DNA of 43,426 bases, taken from positions 1 through 43,426 of the IMG/VR virus record IMGVR_UViG_3300029623_000016. One strand, 5' to 3'. Shown one piece after another: positions 27,001-36,062 of this stretch. The translations under genes were made by a program, and so were the position numbers. Source of the DNA: a virus. How positions within the stretch are numbered: position 1 is the stretch's first letter; each line of letters opens with the position of its first letter. The notes beneath the pieces are model-generated. The model saw only the letters and a list, made by a program, of their open reading frames with translations, searched no databases and was not told the DNA's origin.

Positions 27001-28585
27001 TCATTAAATCGTCTATGGTATAGACAGGAACATTGTCAAGAGAGCTACGTTTAGAAACCGTCGTTGTTCCGTCAGTGTTTTTAACGGTTTCAAATATTTG
27101 ATTATGGGTATCTTCAAACAGTTTACCTAGTGAGCTACTAAATTTATTATCTGTCCGAAGGGCATCTACCATAGTACGGAAATTAGCACGAGCTTCTGAC
27201 GCGGTAAGACTTCCAGACTCATTCTGTCCTATACGAGTCCAAGCATCATTTATAGCAGCTTGCGCACGATTGTTTCTCTGCGCTAGGGTATTAAGAGCAG
27301 AACCAAAGACAGGATTATCTTGTGCTTGTAGTCCCCACGGCCCAAATATACGTTCAATGTTATCTAGCTTACCAGCTATCTTTTTTTGAATTTCAGTCTT
27401 AGGTGCTATGGGGTTTATAGCATTGTTAAATACTTTTAAAACATCTTGTACTTCTGTCGATGGGAAATTTTCAGGTTGAAGTATTTTCTTACCTTCTGAC
27501 GAGAACACCCCGCCTATTATGTTCGGGTCTTTTGTTTTGACTGCTTCGCTTAGATGAGTAAAAGAATTTATCTGGTCATTATTTAAATTACCAGCACCTT
27601 CTTCGTACAATCTAAGTTGCAATTCATCTCGCGCAATTTCACCTTGTGTTCTATACTGGTCTAATATAGAATTTAAAGTTTGGGCGGGGACACCTTCTGG
27701 TACGTCAAAGCCCGCTTCCTGCAATACAAAACTGCCCGCTTTTTGCTCTTGGCTAATGGGGGCTATCTTTTCCCTTGCTAGCAAATTCGCGCGCTCTGCC
27801 GCCCCTACACGGGCTTCTATTGCGCCAATTCCCGCCCCTAATGCTGTTCCTGCTAAGACAGTTCCAACCATTTCGGGATTAGTTGCCGCCTCGGTTAGAC
27901 GCTCATAATAATTACTTCTAAGCGGGTCAGTTAATTTTACATCTTCAACAGGTACATAAAAACCACCTTCTCTATGTTGTTGCATTCTTGGAGTATATCC
28001 AATCTGTGCCGCTGTTAAAGCTGTATCAGATAAAGCACCTCCAATCACGGAGCGGGTTCCCTCGCTAACGCTCGGAGTGACGCGGGAGAGTGCGCGGGAA
28101 GTTTGTCTTGCCGAGAATGGAGCCAGTGCGGAAGTCAACCCCGCCGCTATCGCGGCATCTGTGTCGCCGGTATCCGCGAGGGTTCGGGTTGCTTCATACC
28201 CGCCTGCTAGGTAAGGGGCAGCTACTCTGACGATAGGCGGGCGGGAACGTCCCCGCGTCACGGCAAACGTTGTAATAGTAGGTGCAGAACCAGCCAGTCC
28301 ACGCACCAAAGCATCTGCCGTTCTTGTGACAGTGTTATCGCCAAAAATATTTCTTATTGGCTCTCCTATGTATTCTCCCGCCACATCTTCAAGGTTTCTA
28401 CTAACCCAAGAAGTGGCTTTCAGGACGGGATTGGCATTCTTTAAAGTGTCGAAGTTAAAGTTCCAACCTTGTCCTGAATACTTTTCTTGGAGAATACGTG
28501 CCGCTTCTTCGTCAGGTAGTTCAGTTAAGCCCTCCCTTTCACGAAGCCTAGCGGCACTTGAATATGGTACATTATAGTCTGGCAT
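24062..28585 (-). CDS. Giant internal virion/ejection protein (1507 aa)
   Basis: Last and largest gene of the late operon, as T7 gp16 or P22 ejection proteins are. No TM segments, polymerase or lysozyme motif seen. Contains GC-rich patches. Confidence 0.45.
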   Translation of the reverse strand: MPDYNVPYSSAARLREREGLTELPDEEAARILQEKYSGQGWNFNFDTLKNANPVLKATSWVSRNLEDVAGEYIGEPIRNIFGDNTVTRTADALVRGLAGSAPTITTFAVTRGRSRPPIVRVAAPYLAGGYEATRTLADTGDTDAAIAAGLTSALAPFSARQTSRALSRVTPSVSEGTRSVIGGALSDTALTAAQIGYTPRMQQHREGGFYVPVEDVKLTDPLRSNYYERLTEAATNPEMVGTVLAGTALGAGIGAIEARVGAAERANLLAREKIAPISQEQKAGSFVLQEAGFDVPEGVPAQTLNSILDQYRTQGEIARDELQLRLYEEGAGNLNNDQINSFTHLSEAVKTKDPNIIGGVFSSEGKKILQPENFPSTEVQDVLKVFNNAINPIAPKTEIQKKIAGKLDNIERIFGPWGLQAQDNPVFGSALNTLAQRNNRAQAAINDAWTRIGQNESGSLTASEARANFRTMVDALRTDNKFSSSLGKLFEDTHNQIFETVKNTDGTTTVSKRSSLDNVPVYTIDDLMNNYGMTREQAMFSKNLLEEPVRVATDTFNTTNETIASKLATYLSSRNAKYSRSNNAFNAAKSYVDKYSRSLTYNEQIKRGSPDGNTQYKDIVSDNAARELASMLYDPAYATTPQAIGNAKVVANGVISALENNISFFTKNAVRGYSPAIRRGKYFVAWTDANGEPMARGVKNEEELASLEKTAKQNPTDYRNFKVYDTTKVEGYNARLKDFALRDMLREMQEKRAILQERLSNESVSPEDATFINNLFDTARATIDEETSRILANIRDMDISARTKIESRNISGIDSADYAKNLLEYIELMSRVNSYRRSNNAYDIARNDASIVNNPDISKALDSKHNYVMQSSSTEWAPLRSFSTLFYIAASPRFLFQNLLQVPTLGFVRWKDFTGRSSADFFRSLTKAAAAVNEYTTSDKVKNTIKNRLMRQAEKDNVFNTTVTDEISGANSRRNISDIFNEDRASLYNRTLSTLDKIVQMIGVPVSVSENTNRMLSFASILESEDRIYPLAKRSKQDLDSVYRKAVDFSNAVNFVGGEAYRSGFYHVFDRSTKTGQAVHNTALLSLVLRTFNLNMLSLLSKQTRRLVGLENVAGITSRNASAALKNSRFALAKTFLAYGLLGGASSLPFIDIFNQLANTVASVLDRDDQKDVIKRFTIKNTRESARHIANLIDMLDGSQSDGANEIADKISTYLIYGLPALAGVYQGNVAMTNLLPYDPNKSLAENIGGAPVQLAAEFAKGGKALAEGNLDMFERAVSPTSVNALRSFMNVLGSGQMISPRGIAALRPGSIGSAGEALGVAVGGRPISQLERESSNYFAYAAQQQKQKERSAYLDNAQFYLNDPAELRKYIEDGLRSGVITMNTTEEANAIWRNTARTYLDRLGRKYRNPNLQSIQDINKIYESYGLNPEYESPVEVTIQAARLAAKSGDIISAGRLLQNITAQQVNAKLLIDRGMPPPLANILVKPTKNQNDIILIKQWASKLND

Positions 28586-28586
28586 A

Positions 28587-30683
28587 TTAGTTATTTCCTA
28601 CAAGCGGGGAAGCTCCGATTGCACCTTGGTTTAGAAGAGATGATATTGCGGCTGGGTCGAATCCACGAGAACCTCCACTATTATAGAATTTAGCCCTAGC
28701 TTCGTCCGCTTTAATTTTAGCTTCAATTTCTTTATCTACATAGCGGTTTTCTAGCCTTACTCTTTCTGCTTGCGCTCGTTTTAATTCTATTTCTGCTTTC
28801 TTTTTACGCTCTTCTGAAACATTACTATTAAACGCCATAGCTGCTTCTAGCATTTTTTGTTGTTCTTTGAGAGAAGCATTGAGTAAATCGAAGTTTACTT
28901 TGCTAACTTGTTCAATAACATTCTGTTCAGACTTAGCGCGGTCTGAACCACTCGGTAGGTCGTTTGTATAACCAAGAAGCCTTCTTAATCTCCTTACTTC
29001 TGGGTCTCTATCAACCGCCGATTGTACGTTTCTTTCCCAAACCTCAAACGGATTTTCTAACCTACGAGCGGCCAAAGGTGCAGTTATTACAGCACCAACT
29101 TTATTCCACGGGTCGTCTCTATAATTGTCGGCGGCACGCGTTTCAGCATCAAATAGTTGTCTTTCTAATAGAACACGAGTTTGCCATTGATATGGGTCCA
29201 TCGCATGCATATTTCTTAGACCTTTATAAGTCTTTTTTAACTCTTCTCGATACTTATTATTTTCTTCTGTATTTTGTTGCAACCTTTTTTGAAATTCTGC
29301 AAACATCGGTTGAACCGGAACAGTATCATCGTCGTTATAAGAAAGTCTATCACTTACTACATCAATAGGTTCGGAAGCATATAAATTAGGTGCTCCCGCC
29401 CTAGAAGCTATCATCACAGCGTCATCGTTAGTAGTATTGACTTTATTGGTAGAATTACCACTGGTAGTTGTAGCTGGGACAGCTGTATCTGTACCAGTTG
29501 GTTTTAGACTAGTAGGTTCAGACAAAGCAACTTCCGCAAGTCTAGCTTCGGCTTCTGCGTCATAAGGCAGGTCTGACATAGCATCTCCGAGAGCGTTTCC
29601 GAGTCCGCCTGTTAGTCCAATTCCCGTATAAGTACGACCGAAATTGGGAAGAGCGTTTCTTATGTCTTGTCTAGCAAGTCTATTAAGCCATGCTTCTCGT
29701 ATTGTATTATCGCGTGCAACATCTACGAGTTCTGAATTAGACATACCACGCCAAGCGCGGGGAAGATTCTCACCCGCCGCACGTGCAATCGCTTCTGCCT
29801 CAACTATTTTATTGCGAGCCGCGTTGTTTATCGCAGAACCAAGGTTCGTTCTAAGCATAGGCTGTCTTGCTGTGGCTATATCACCAGCTATATTTGCACC
29901 AGAGTTCATGTTGTTAAGAATAGCATATGTCTCTGGGTCTAGACGACCACCTCGCACAAACATATCTACCGTGTCATCGATGCTATTAGACGTGTTAATC
30001 GAACTACGTAGTAAATTATCATTACGTACTATATCAGCAACAGCTGACCTTACACCATTTGGATTCTCAGCCGCTTGCAAAAAACGTATTGCATTGTCAT
30101 TTGTAAAGGTAGTTCCGCGAGCAAAAGGTGTCATCTCATCGATAGTTCGACCAGCTCTACTAATAGCTTGTGCCGCTTGCCCCGCCCTCATTGCATTTCT
30201 AGCCGCGCTTGACGCTAGTGCGTTTCTAGCCGCTCCACGTATTAGGCTTTTGGCTGCACTTGCACCTGGAATAACAACTCCGGCGGCATTAAGAGCATGT
30301 TCCATCGGAGTTAACGATGAACCATCTTCTCCCATAATATAGTTCAACCTACGCTGGTCTTCTGCTTGTCTTTGAGCGTCAATTTCGTTAATCCTGCTTA
30401 CAATATCACTAATAGATTTTCCAGTTGCCGCATTATAGAGTGCACTTCCTAGTTGATGCAATCCAGACACAGCTCTATTTCCGAGCCAGTTCATAGGTTC
30501 ATTTATACCAGCTAGTATTCGTCCAACCATACTTGGGCTTTCAGGCGGGGGAAATCCAACATTAGAATCAAATTGGAGCAAACCATTATCGAGAGCGCTT
30601 ATAGTCCCGAGGTCGGGATAATAATCACTTGCATTTAATGCAAGCATGTCTTCTGGTGACAGAGTGGAATAGTCTATTGGCAT
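28587..30683 (-). CDS. Internal virion protein (698 aa) with a C-terminal charged, helical, coiled-coil-like region
   Basis: Position before the giant protein. Ala/Asn/Arg-rich. C-terminal KKAEIELKRAQAERVRLENRYVDKEIEAKIKADEARAK. Confidence 0.45.
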   Translation of the reverse strand: MPIDYSTLSPEDMLALNASDYYPDLGTISALDNGLLQFDSNVGFPPPESPSMVGRILAGINEPMNWLGNRAVSGLHQLGSALYNAATGKSISDIVSRINEIDAQRQAEDQRRLNYIMGEDGSSLTPMEHALNAAGVVIPGASAAKSLIRGAARNALASSAARNAMRAGQAAQAISRAGRTIDEMTPFARGTTFTNDNAIRFLQAAENPNGVRSAVADIVRNDNLLRSSINTSNSIDDTVDMFVRGGRLDPETYAILNNMNSGANIAGDIATARQPMLRTNLGSAINNAARNKIVEAEAIARAAGENLPRAWRGMSNSELVDVARDNTIREAWLNRLARQDIRNALPNFGRTYTGIGLTGGLGNALGDAMSDLPYDAEAEARLAEVALSEPTSLKPTGTDTAVPATTTSGNSTNKVNTTNDDAVMIASRAGAPNLYASEPIDVVSDRLSYNDDDTVPVQPMFAEFQKRLQQNTEENNKYREELKKTYKGLRNMHAMDPYQWQTRVLLERQLFDAETRAADNYRDDPWNKVGAVITAPLAARRLENPFEVWERNVQSAVDRDPEVRRLRRLLGYTNDLPSGSDRAKSEQNVIEQVSKVNFDLLNASLKEQQKMLEAAMAFNSNVSEERKKKAEIELKRAQAERVRLENRYVDKEIEAKIKADEARAKFYNSGGSRGFDPAAISSLLNQGAIGASPLVGNN

Positions 30684-30695
30684 AATCTATCCTTT

Positions 30696-30718
30696 ACATT
30701 ATAAATGATTTATATTGT
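30696..30718. promoter_or_regulatory. Copy 5 of the AT palindrome, spanning the stop of the 236-aa gene and ending 12 nt before the start of the 698-aa gene
   Basis: acattataaatgatttatattgt. Confidence 0.6.
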
Positions 30719-31428
30719 TAGATGTTTCTATTTTGTAGGTAATTTCTACCTATATAGTTACGATTGCCGTAATTTGTGTTATAATTATAACCAGCATTTG
30801 TTGCACCTCTGTTAGCATAATTATAACCATTTTGTAGAAGATAATTACCTAGACCTCCATTAAGCAGAGTTGTGCCAGCTTGTACTGCGGCGTTATTAGG
30901 TGCGATAGAATTAAATACGCCAGTCAAAGCTCCCTTAGCCCCGCCTTGAATTGCGCCTTGTACTGCTGCACCAACAGCTTGTGAACCAGTAGCAGCACCT
31001 GCCGCAGCTCCCGCCCAGTCACCAAGAAAGAACTTTATAAGAGTACTAAGAGTTTTACCACGTAGGTTCTCTCTTATATCTCGTACATCGCTCTTAGCTC
31101 CGCCTGCACCATAAGACGTACCAGAGCGGTCTCCACCTATCGTACTTCCGGTTTCAGCCTTAGTTATCCCAGTAAGGTCTGACCTTGCTTTCATTCCTCT
31201 AAGAGACTCTTGGGCAGCTTGATTTTGTTCATTCTGCGTCTGTTCAAAACGAGCTGCATTTTGTGCCATCGTACTAGTATTAACAGGAACGTTAATATTG
31301 CCGGAAGCCATATTATCGACAATACCTTGTGTCCAATTAGAAGTAAGGTTTGAATAATCAGCTATATTAGGATTAGCATAATCAGTTAATCCTTTAACAA
31401 GCGACGCATTTCTAAGATTGATTGCCAT
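30718..31428 (-). CDS. Low-complexity Gly/Ala/Asn-rich virion protein (236 aa) with an Asn/Tyr-rich C-terminal tail
   Basis: GAAAGAATGSQAVGAAVQGAIQGGAKGALTG and NGYNYANRGATNAGYNYNTNYGNRNY. Confidence 0.45.
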   Translation of the reverse strand: MAINLRNASLVKGLTDYANPNIADYSNLTSNWTQGIVDNMASGNINVPVNTSTMAQNAARFEQTQNEQNQAAQESLRGMKARSDLTGITKAETGSTIGGDRSGTSYGAGGAKSDVRDIRENLRGKTLSTLIKFFLGDWAGAAAGAATGSQAVGAAVQGAIQGGAKGALTGVFNSIAPNNAAVQAGTTLLNGGLGNYLLQNGYNYANRGATNAGYNYNTNYGNRNYIGRNYLQNRNI

Positions 31429-31440
31429 AGTAAAATCTCC

Positions 31441-32052
31441 TTATATACTCATCTGCCACGAGGACGATTTAGTTTCAGTAGCAGGCTGATAACCATATTC
31501 ACGAGTAAAGTTCTGTAATAGTGCAAGAGCAAGATTACCCATTTGTGCTGTTGGATTTTCCGCAAGAGAACCAAGAGCCGCATTAAGTGCGTTCTCAACA
31601 TCTTTATTATATTGCGCAGTATATAGGTCAGTTATCTGCTTATCTCTACCAAGCAGATAGTCATTTGTTATATCTCCGATAGCAAGATTACTTGTCCCTT
31701 GTCCAAGACCAGCAGTAGATGCTCTCGCCGAACCAAGTTGGTTCTGATAGTCTCTAGCGGTCGTATTGTAGATGTTAGCTACTTGCTGTTTCATATAGGG
31801 ATTAGTCTGGGTTATGTTAGGATTACCAGACATTATCCCACTTAAAGTTTGTGACGCTTTACCAGTTAAAGCATTCTCTCCATTACTAGAAGAGGTAAAA
31901 TAGTTTGATAACTGATTAGTGACATTACCAAGTAATGTTTTTAAAGCAGGGTCAGTTATGTCCCTGTTTTGTTGATAAGGTGCACTTACAACGTGAGATG
32001 ACGAAGAAGTTTCCCCGCCTCCGTTATTAAATATTTTACGTATTATTTTCAT
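31441..32052 (-). CDS. Ser/Thr/Gln/Asn-rich virion protein (203 aa)
   Basis: Composition and position in the ejection-protein block. Confidence 0.45.
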   Translation of the reverse strand: MKIIRKIFNNGGGETSSSSHVVSAPYQQNRDITDPALKTLLGNVTNQLSNYFTSSSNGENALTGKASQTLSGIMSGNPNITQTNPYMKQQVANIYNTTARDYQNQLGSARASTAGLGQGTSNLAIGDITNDYLLGRDKQITDLYTAQYNKDVENALNAALGSLAENPTAQMGNLALALLQNFTREYGYQPATETKSSSWQMSI

Positions 32053-32486
32053 TTTTCGTTCAAGTTTAAAGAATACATTACTCTAATAGGACGGCTACCA
32101 AGTTTTTCCATCAATCTACGATAGCTCCTATTTAGATATGGACTATACCAAACAGCATTAGAGTATCCATATGAAGCTCCAATACGTTTACCTTGCAAAA
32201 GCCACTTAACGGTATATTTTTTATGTCTTGGGTTTGACCAAACATACCAAATTAACAAAGTTCCATTATCTTGCTTTTCAGCAAGAATAAAGCAACCTAA
32301 GTCTTTACCCCGCCAAGCTCCTCCGACCAAAGCGCGATTAGATATATACATATCTATTACAGTAGAAACAAACTCTTCTACTGTAATAGGTTTTCCAAAA
32401 ACAAAAGGTTTACGCTTAATTGCATTTATAAGCGCGGGAAGAAAATTAAGTAATTCTGTTAATGATTTAAACTCTTTTAAGTTCAT
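32049..32486 (-). CDS. Hypothetical protein in the structural module (145 aa)
   Basis: ORF. An acetyltransferase fold was considered but not supported. Confidence 0.4.
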   Translation of the reverse strand: MNLKEFKSLTELLNFLPALINAIKRKPFVFGKPITVEEFVSTVIDMYISNRALVGGAWRGKDLGCFILAEKQDNGTLLIWYVWSNPRHKKYTVKWLLQGKRIGASYGYSNAVWYSPYLNRSYRRLMEKLGSRPIRVMYSLNLNEK

Positions 32487-32863
32487 TCAAACATATCCTC
32501 CGTAATGTATATAGACTCTGCTGAATTAGCGTCATGAGTAAAAGTAAATTCCTTTGTTCCAATAGTCACATTCATTGACCCATTAAATTGTAGTTCTACT
32601 AACATACCTTCCGTAGCCTCCGATATGTCAATAGTGACATTCGCGTTCGACAGAACGGGTTTAAATGAAATGCGAGTTGTCACATAATAAGGAGAAAGTT
32701 TATAACTATACTCATCAGACGTTTCTTTCTCGTTGATAAGTCTAGTTCCAACAAGCATAGTTGCTCGTTCTTGTCTTTTTTCGTACTCTTGAAAAACACG
32801 TTGAATCCAAGTCATAAAAGACTCGTTATCCTTTTTGTCTGGAACTATAAAGAAATTAGCCAT
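32483..32863 (-). CDS. Hypothetical structural-module protein (126 aa)
   Basis: ORF. Confidence 0.4.
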   Translation of the reverse strand: MANFFIVPDKKDNESFMTWIQRVFQEYEKRQERATMLVGTRLINEKETSDEYSYKLSPYYVTTRISFKPVLSNANVTIDISEATEGMLVELQFNGSMNVTIGTKEFTFTHDANSAESIYITEDMFE

Positions 32864-33456
32864 TATCGTTCTTTCGTTTTAACTATTTTAACTGTTAAGC
32901 TAACAGCTTTTAGGCGGGAGATGTAATTCTCTCCGTCATTAGTATACTCTAATTCAAAAGCTATGTATTTATATTCTCCCGCCCGTCTTAGCCAATACTG
33001 TAAGTATCCTTCTGGATTAACTGTCGCGGGGATTTCAATCCAATTATCAGGGTCTCCATAGTTTTGTCTTGCACTAACACGTAATATAGGCTGAATAGTT
33101 CCACCACAATCATATGCAACATTTAAAGATATTAAACTCTTAACGTTCTTTAATGTTTCTAATGCAAATGTATTTGTACGTAAACGAACAGTTATAGGTT
33201 TATCTTTTGTTCCGTACTGGTCGTAAACTATTCTGAATATATATGTTTTAGATTTATCAGGATTAGGAAGCTGAAATATATCAGAATTGCCCATAATCAC
33301 GGGCGGGCGCGGGATAGGATTAAAAAGCCAATCTCCATTTCCTGTATAGCCTTTTTCATTAAGGTCGTTCCAAGTATATTGCAAGCTCCCTTGCGGAAGC
33401 ATATCATAATATCGAACAACTTGGCTCGTATCAAATAACTTATTATATATGCTCAT
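32863..33456 (-). CDS. Hypothetical tail-associated protein (197 aa)
   Basis: ORF in the tail block. Confidence 0.4.
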   Translation of the reverse strand: MSIYNKLFDTSQVVRYYDMLPQGSLQYTWNDLNEKGYTGNGDWLFNPIPRPPVIMGNSDIFQLPNPDKSKTYIFRIVYDQYGTKDKPITVRLRTNTFALETLKNVKSLISLNVAYDCGGTIQPILRVSARQNYGDPDNWIEIPATVNPEGYLQYWLRRAGEYKYIAFELEYTNDGENYISRLKAVSLTVKIVKTKER

Positions 33457-34570
33457 CGTTAATCACCCTCGTTGTCCATATCTTATCTCGTATACTATAC
33501 TTGATACACCAGAAGTCTCCAGAGTCTTTTTTCTGGAATACCCAACTTACTGCATCTTGGTCTAATTCATAATGACCTATGATGTTATCTGTCTTAGTAG
33601 TCTCAGCTACTTGATTAAACCAATTCCAAATGGGGTCTCCGATGGGTACAAGAGTTAAACCATCAAGTGCATAAAAGTTATCTTTTCCAATGAAATATGA
33701 AATTTCATTTGCTGTTACTACACTGTAATGATAAATACAACCTGTGTTAGATGTGAGAACGGTAGTTCTGAACCTATTATCATGTCCCTCATAATCAGAC
33801 CTCCAGATAGAGTTTTTAGTAAACGTTATGACTACACCTTCCGTCCAGGCTAATCCGGTAACTTCATTTGCATTTGCACCAAGATTAAAAATATCAGCTT
33901 CTTTCGACCTTGTGACTTCAAAATCCTCTGGATTGTTTATATCACTCCACATGATAGTTCCAGGATTATCTTCTCCGTCTATAAGAAGATTTCCTAAAAA
34001 CAGTCTATCTTTGGTAACTAAAATATATTTTGCACTTATATAAACGGCAGTTTCTTTTTCACCTTTTAATATCTTATAGGTTGGAGTTACTAATTCTATC
34101 GAAAACGGTATACCTAACGTAGTAGAAGAACCAGGAATTATTTTATATAGAGGTAAACCTTTACGAGTCATATAAGCAGTGGATATTTCAGTCCATACCC
34201 ACTGCGCAAATTGCATAGTTCCATCATCGTAATTTTTATAAACAGTTCCATCTTCAAGAGTAAATTGACCTACTTCTAATAATGGAATAATTTGCTCATC
34301 AGGGTCTTTTCTATCACAATAATAAAATTTATCATCAATTTTTATACCAAAATATTCTATATTATCTTGAAGTGTTATAGTGACAGCATAACCATCTACC
34401 TGCCCAGTTCCGTTAAAAACAGCATATGGTACATATGATGGTTCAGACCTCATAGAGCCGTCTTCGACATAACCATTCTCAACTTCTTTAAAATACAAAG
34501 AAGTTGAAATGTCATTTATATCTTGACGTATACCAAAGTTAATCGGTATTACTATTTCATTCCTTGCCAT
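33443..34570 (-). CDS. Hypothetical tail protein (375 aa)
   Basis: ORF in the tail block. Confidence 0.4.
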   Translation of the reverse strand: MARNEIVIPINFGIRQDINDISTSLYFKEVENGYVEDGSMRSEPSYVPYAVFNGTGQVDGYAVTITLQDNIEYFGIKIDDKFYYCDRKDPDEQIIPLLEVGQFTLEDGTVYKNYDDGTMQFAQWVWTEISTAYMTRKGLPLYKIIPGSSTTLGIPFSIELVTPTYKILKGEKETAVYISAKYILVTKDRLFLGNLLIDGEDNPGTIMWSDINNPEDFEVTRSKEADIFNLGANANEVTGLAWTEGVVITFTKNSIWRSDYEGHDNRFRTTVLTSNTGCIYHYSVVTANEISYFIGKDNFYALDGLTLVPIGDPIWNWFNQVAETTKTDNIIGHYELDQDAVSWVFQKKDSGDFWCIKYSIRDKIWTTRVINDEHI

Positions 34571-36062
34571 CGTCTAACCTTTTCCAGAAATTCATTCCTA
34601 ATATAGGTAAAACACTTTCGTAATTTTTACCTACCTCTATATCAGTTACTCTATATGTTTCGTTGTTAAAAGGCATATTTAAATTTATAGTCATTTCTAA
34701 ATCAACTAACCACCATAAAGTATCCTCTTCTAATTCGATTTCTTGAGGGTCTACTACGGAGAATACGATATATCCATATGCTCTATCAGTGTATGTGTTT
34801 TTAATATTATTAAAGTAAACACCATTTCTTACAGCTTCTTCGATAGTTGTTTCACCTATAATAATACCATCAGGATTCCATACAGGGTCTTTCGACAAAG
34901 TTATTTTAACTTTATAATTTTTGTATTTCGAGAGGTATAAATTTCCCGACAATGCTAAATTAGGAAAAATATACAAATACTTTTGGGAAAATAGAGACCA
35001 AGCATTTTTTAAAGAAAATGACACATCGGTTATATTAGCTAAATATCCTACCGGAGTATAGAAATAAATTTTTTGAAGTTTTGCTACATCATTAGCTTCT
35101 TTATTTACTCGAAGCATGTTGCGATAAGTTCTATTAGAATGTTTTTCTACTATTTGTTCCAAAGTACAATTAGCGTATTGTGTTGCCTTTAAAGTCCAAT
35201 TTAATTCATAATTAGGTGTCCATCTAGAATTATTACCTATCGCAGTAATGTTAATAAACGCGTTATTCCTTAATGAAAATCCTTGTATATTACTTGTGCG
35301 TTCTCCAAATGACACTATAAAATACTTTGCTCCTTGTAAATCATTCTTAGTAAAAGTTCTCTTATACGACTGCGTTTTACCTAAATGAAATAATCCAAAT
35401 GAATGGTATCTGCTATCAGATGAATTTTTAGACGCTAACCAAAAATTAACAGTTAAATCTGGGCAAGAAAGAATACCCCATGACGTTGCACCGCCGTTAT
35501 TTAATGATAAGTCTAGATTAGTTACGTCAGTTATAGATAAAGGTATAATAACATATAATCTACTCCTTATATAACTATTTGACGATAACTGTATAGTTTC
35601 ACCATCTATTATCTTAGTAGTCAATACTCCGTCATTATCTTCATAGTCTCCCCACTTAATCCAATTTAAGGTATAATCCGTTATAGGAATACCAACAAAA
35701 TCATCAGAAGTTCCATATGCAAATGTATTGAAATTAGCGTTGCCAGTAGCACATATAGCTTGACTATTTAATTTAATCCAACGACCAGAAAATTTGCTAC
35801 TATTATTCGGGTCTATATCAGACCTCAAAGCTATCACTTGATTATTTCTACTATATACTTGACTGTCTTTAAAATTATTTAATATTGCATTATCGTCTGA
35901 TATAAATATATCAGCTAATGTTTGAAGTAAACCATCATCGTTTTTTAAAAATCTTTTTATCTGTCTAAGAGCACGAGCGTCAACATTAAAACCATCTGCA
36001 TCTTCAGGTGTGCTTGCCCGTAAATTTCTTAAACTACTTCCACTGTAAGTGTCATTACTCAT
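34557..36062 (-). CDS. Tail fibre/tailspike-like protein B (501 aa). N-terminal ~120 aa homologous to the neighbouring 335-aa protein
   Basis: Shared N-terminus (YSG...PED...RQ[VI]KRFL...), divergent Asn/Ser/Thr-rich C-terminus. Confidence 0.5.
   Translation of the reverse strand: MSNDTYSGSSLRNLRASTPEDADGFNVDARALRQIKRFLKNDDGLLQTLADIFISDDNAILNNFKDSQVYSRNNQVIALRSDIDPNNSSKFSGRWIKLNSQAICATGNANFNTFAYGTSDDFVGIPITDYTLNWIKWGDYEDNDGVLTTKIIDGETIQLSSNSYIRSRLYVIIPLSITDVTNLDLSLNNGGATSWGILSCPDLTVNFWLASKNSSDSRYHSFGLFHLGKTQSYKRTFTKNDLQGAKYFIVSFGERTSNIQGFSLRNNAFINITAIGNNSRWTPNYELNWTLKATQYANCTLEQIVEKHSNRTYRNMLRVNKEANDVAKLQKIYFYTPVGYLANITDVSFSLKNAWSLFSQKYLYIFPNLALSGNLYLSKYKNYKVKITLSKDPVWNPDGIIIGETTIEEAVRNGVYFNNIKNTYTDRAYGYIVFSVVDPQEIELEEDTLWWLVDLEMTINLNMPFNNETYRVTDIEVGKNYESVLPILGMNFWKRLDDGKE

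Noticed and set aside
24062-28585. 1507-aa protein as a virion RNA polymerase (N4-like) or T7-like RNAP
   Set aside because: No DxxGR / RxxxK...YG / HDS-type polymerase motifs seen. Composition and position at the operon end match ejection/internal core proteins instead.
29644-30342. 232-aa plus-strand ORF inside the 698-aa late gene
   Set aside because: Antisense to a long late gene. Ala/Arg/Ser/Leu-rich translation with no start context.
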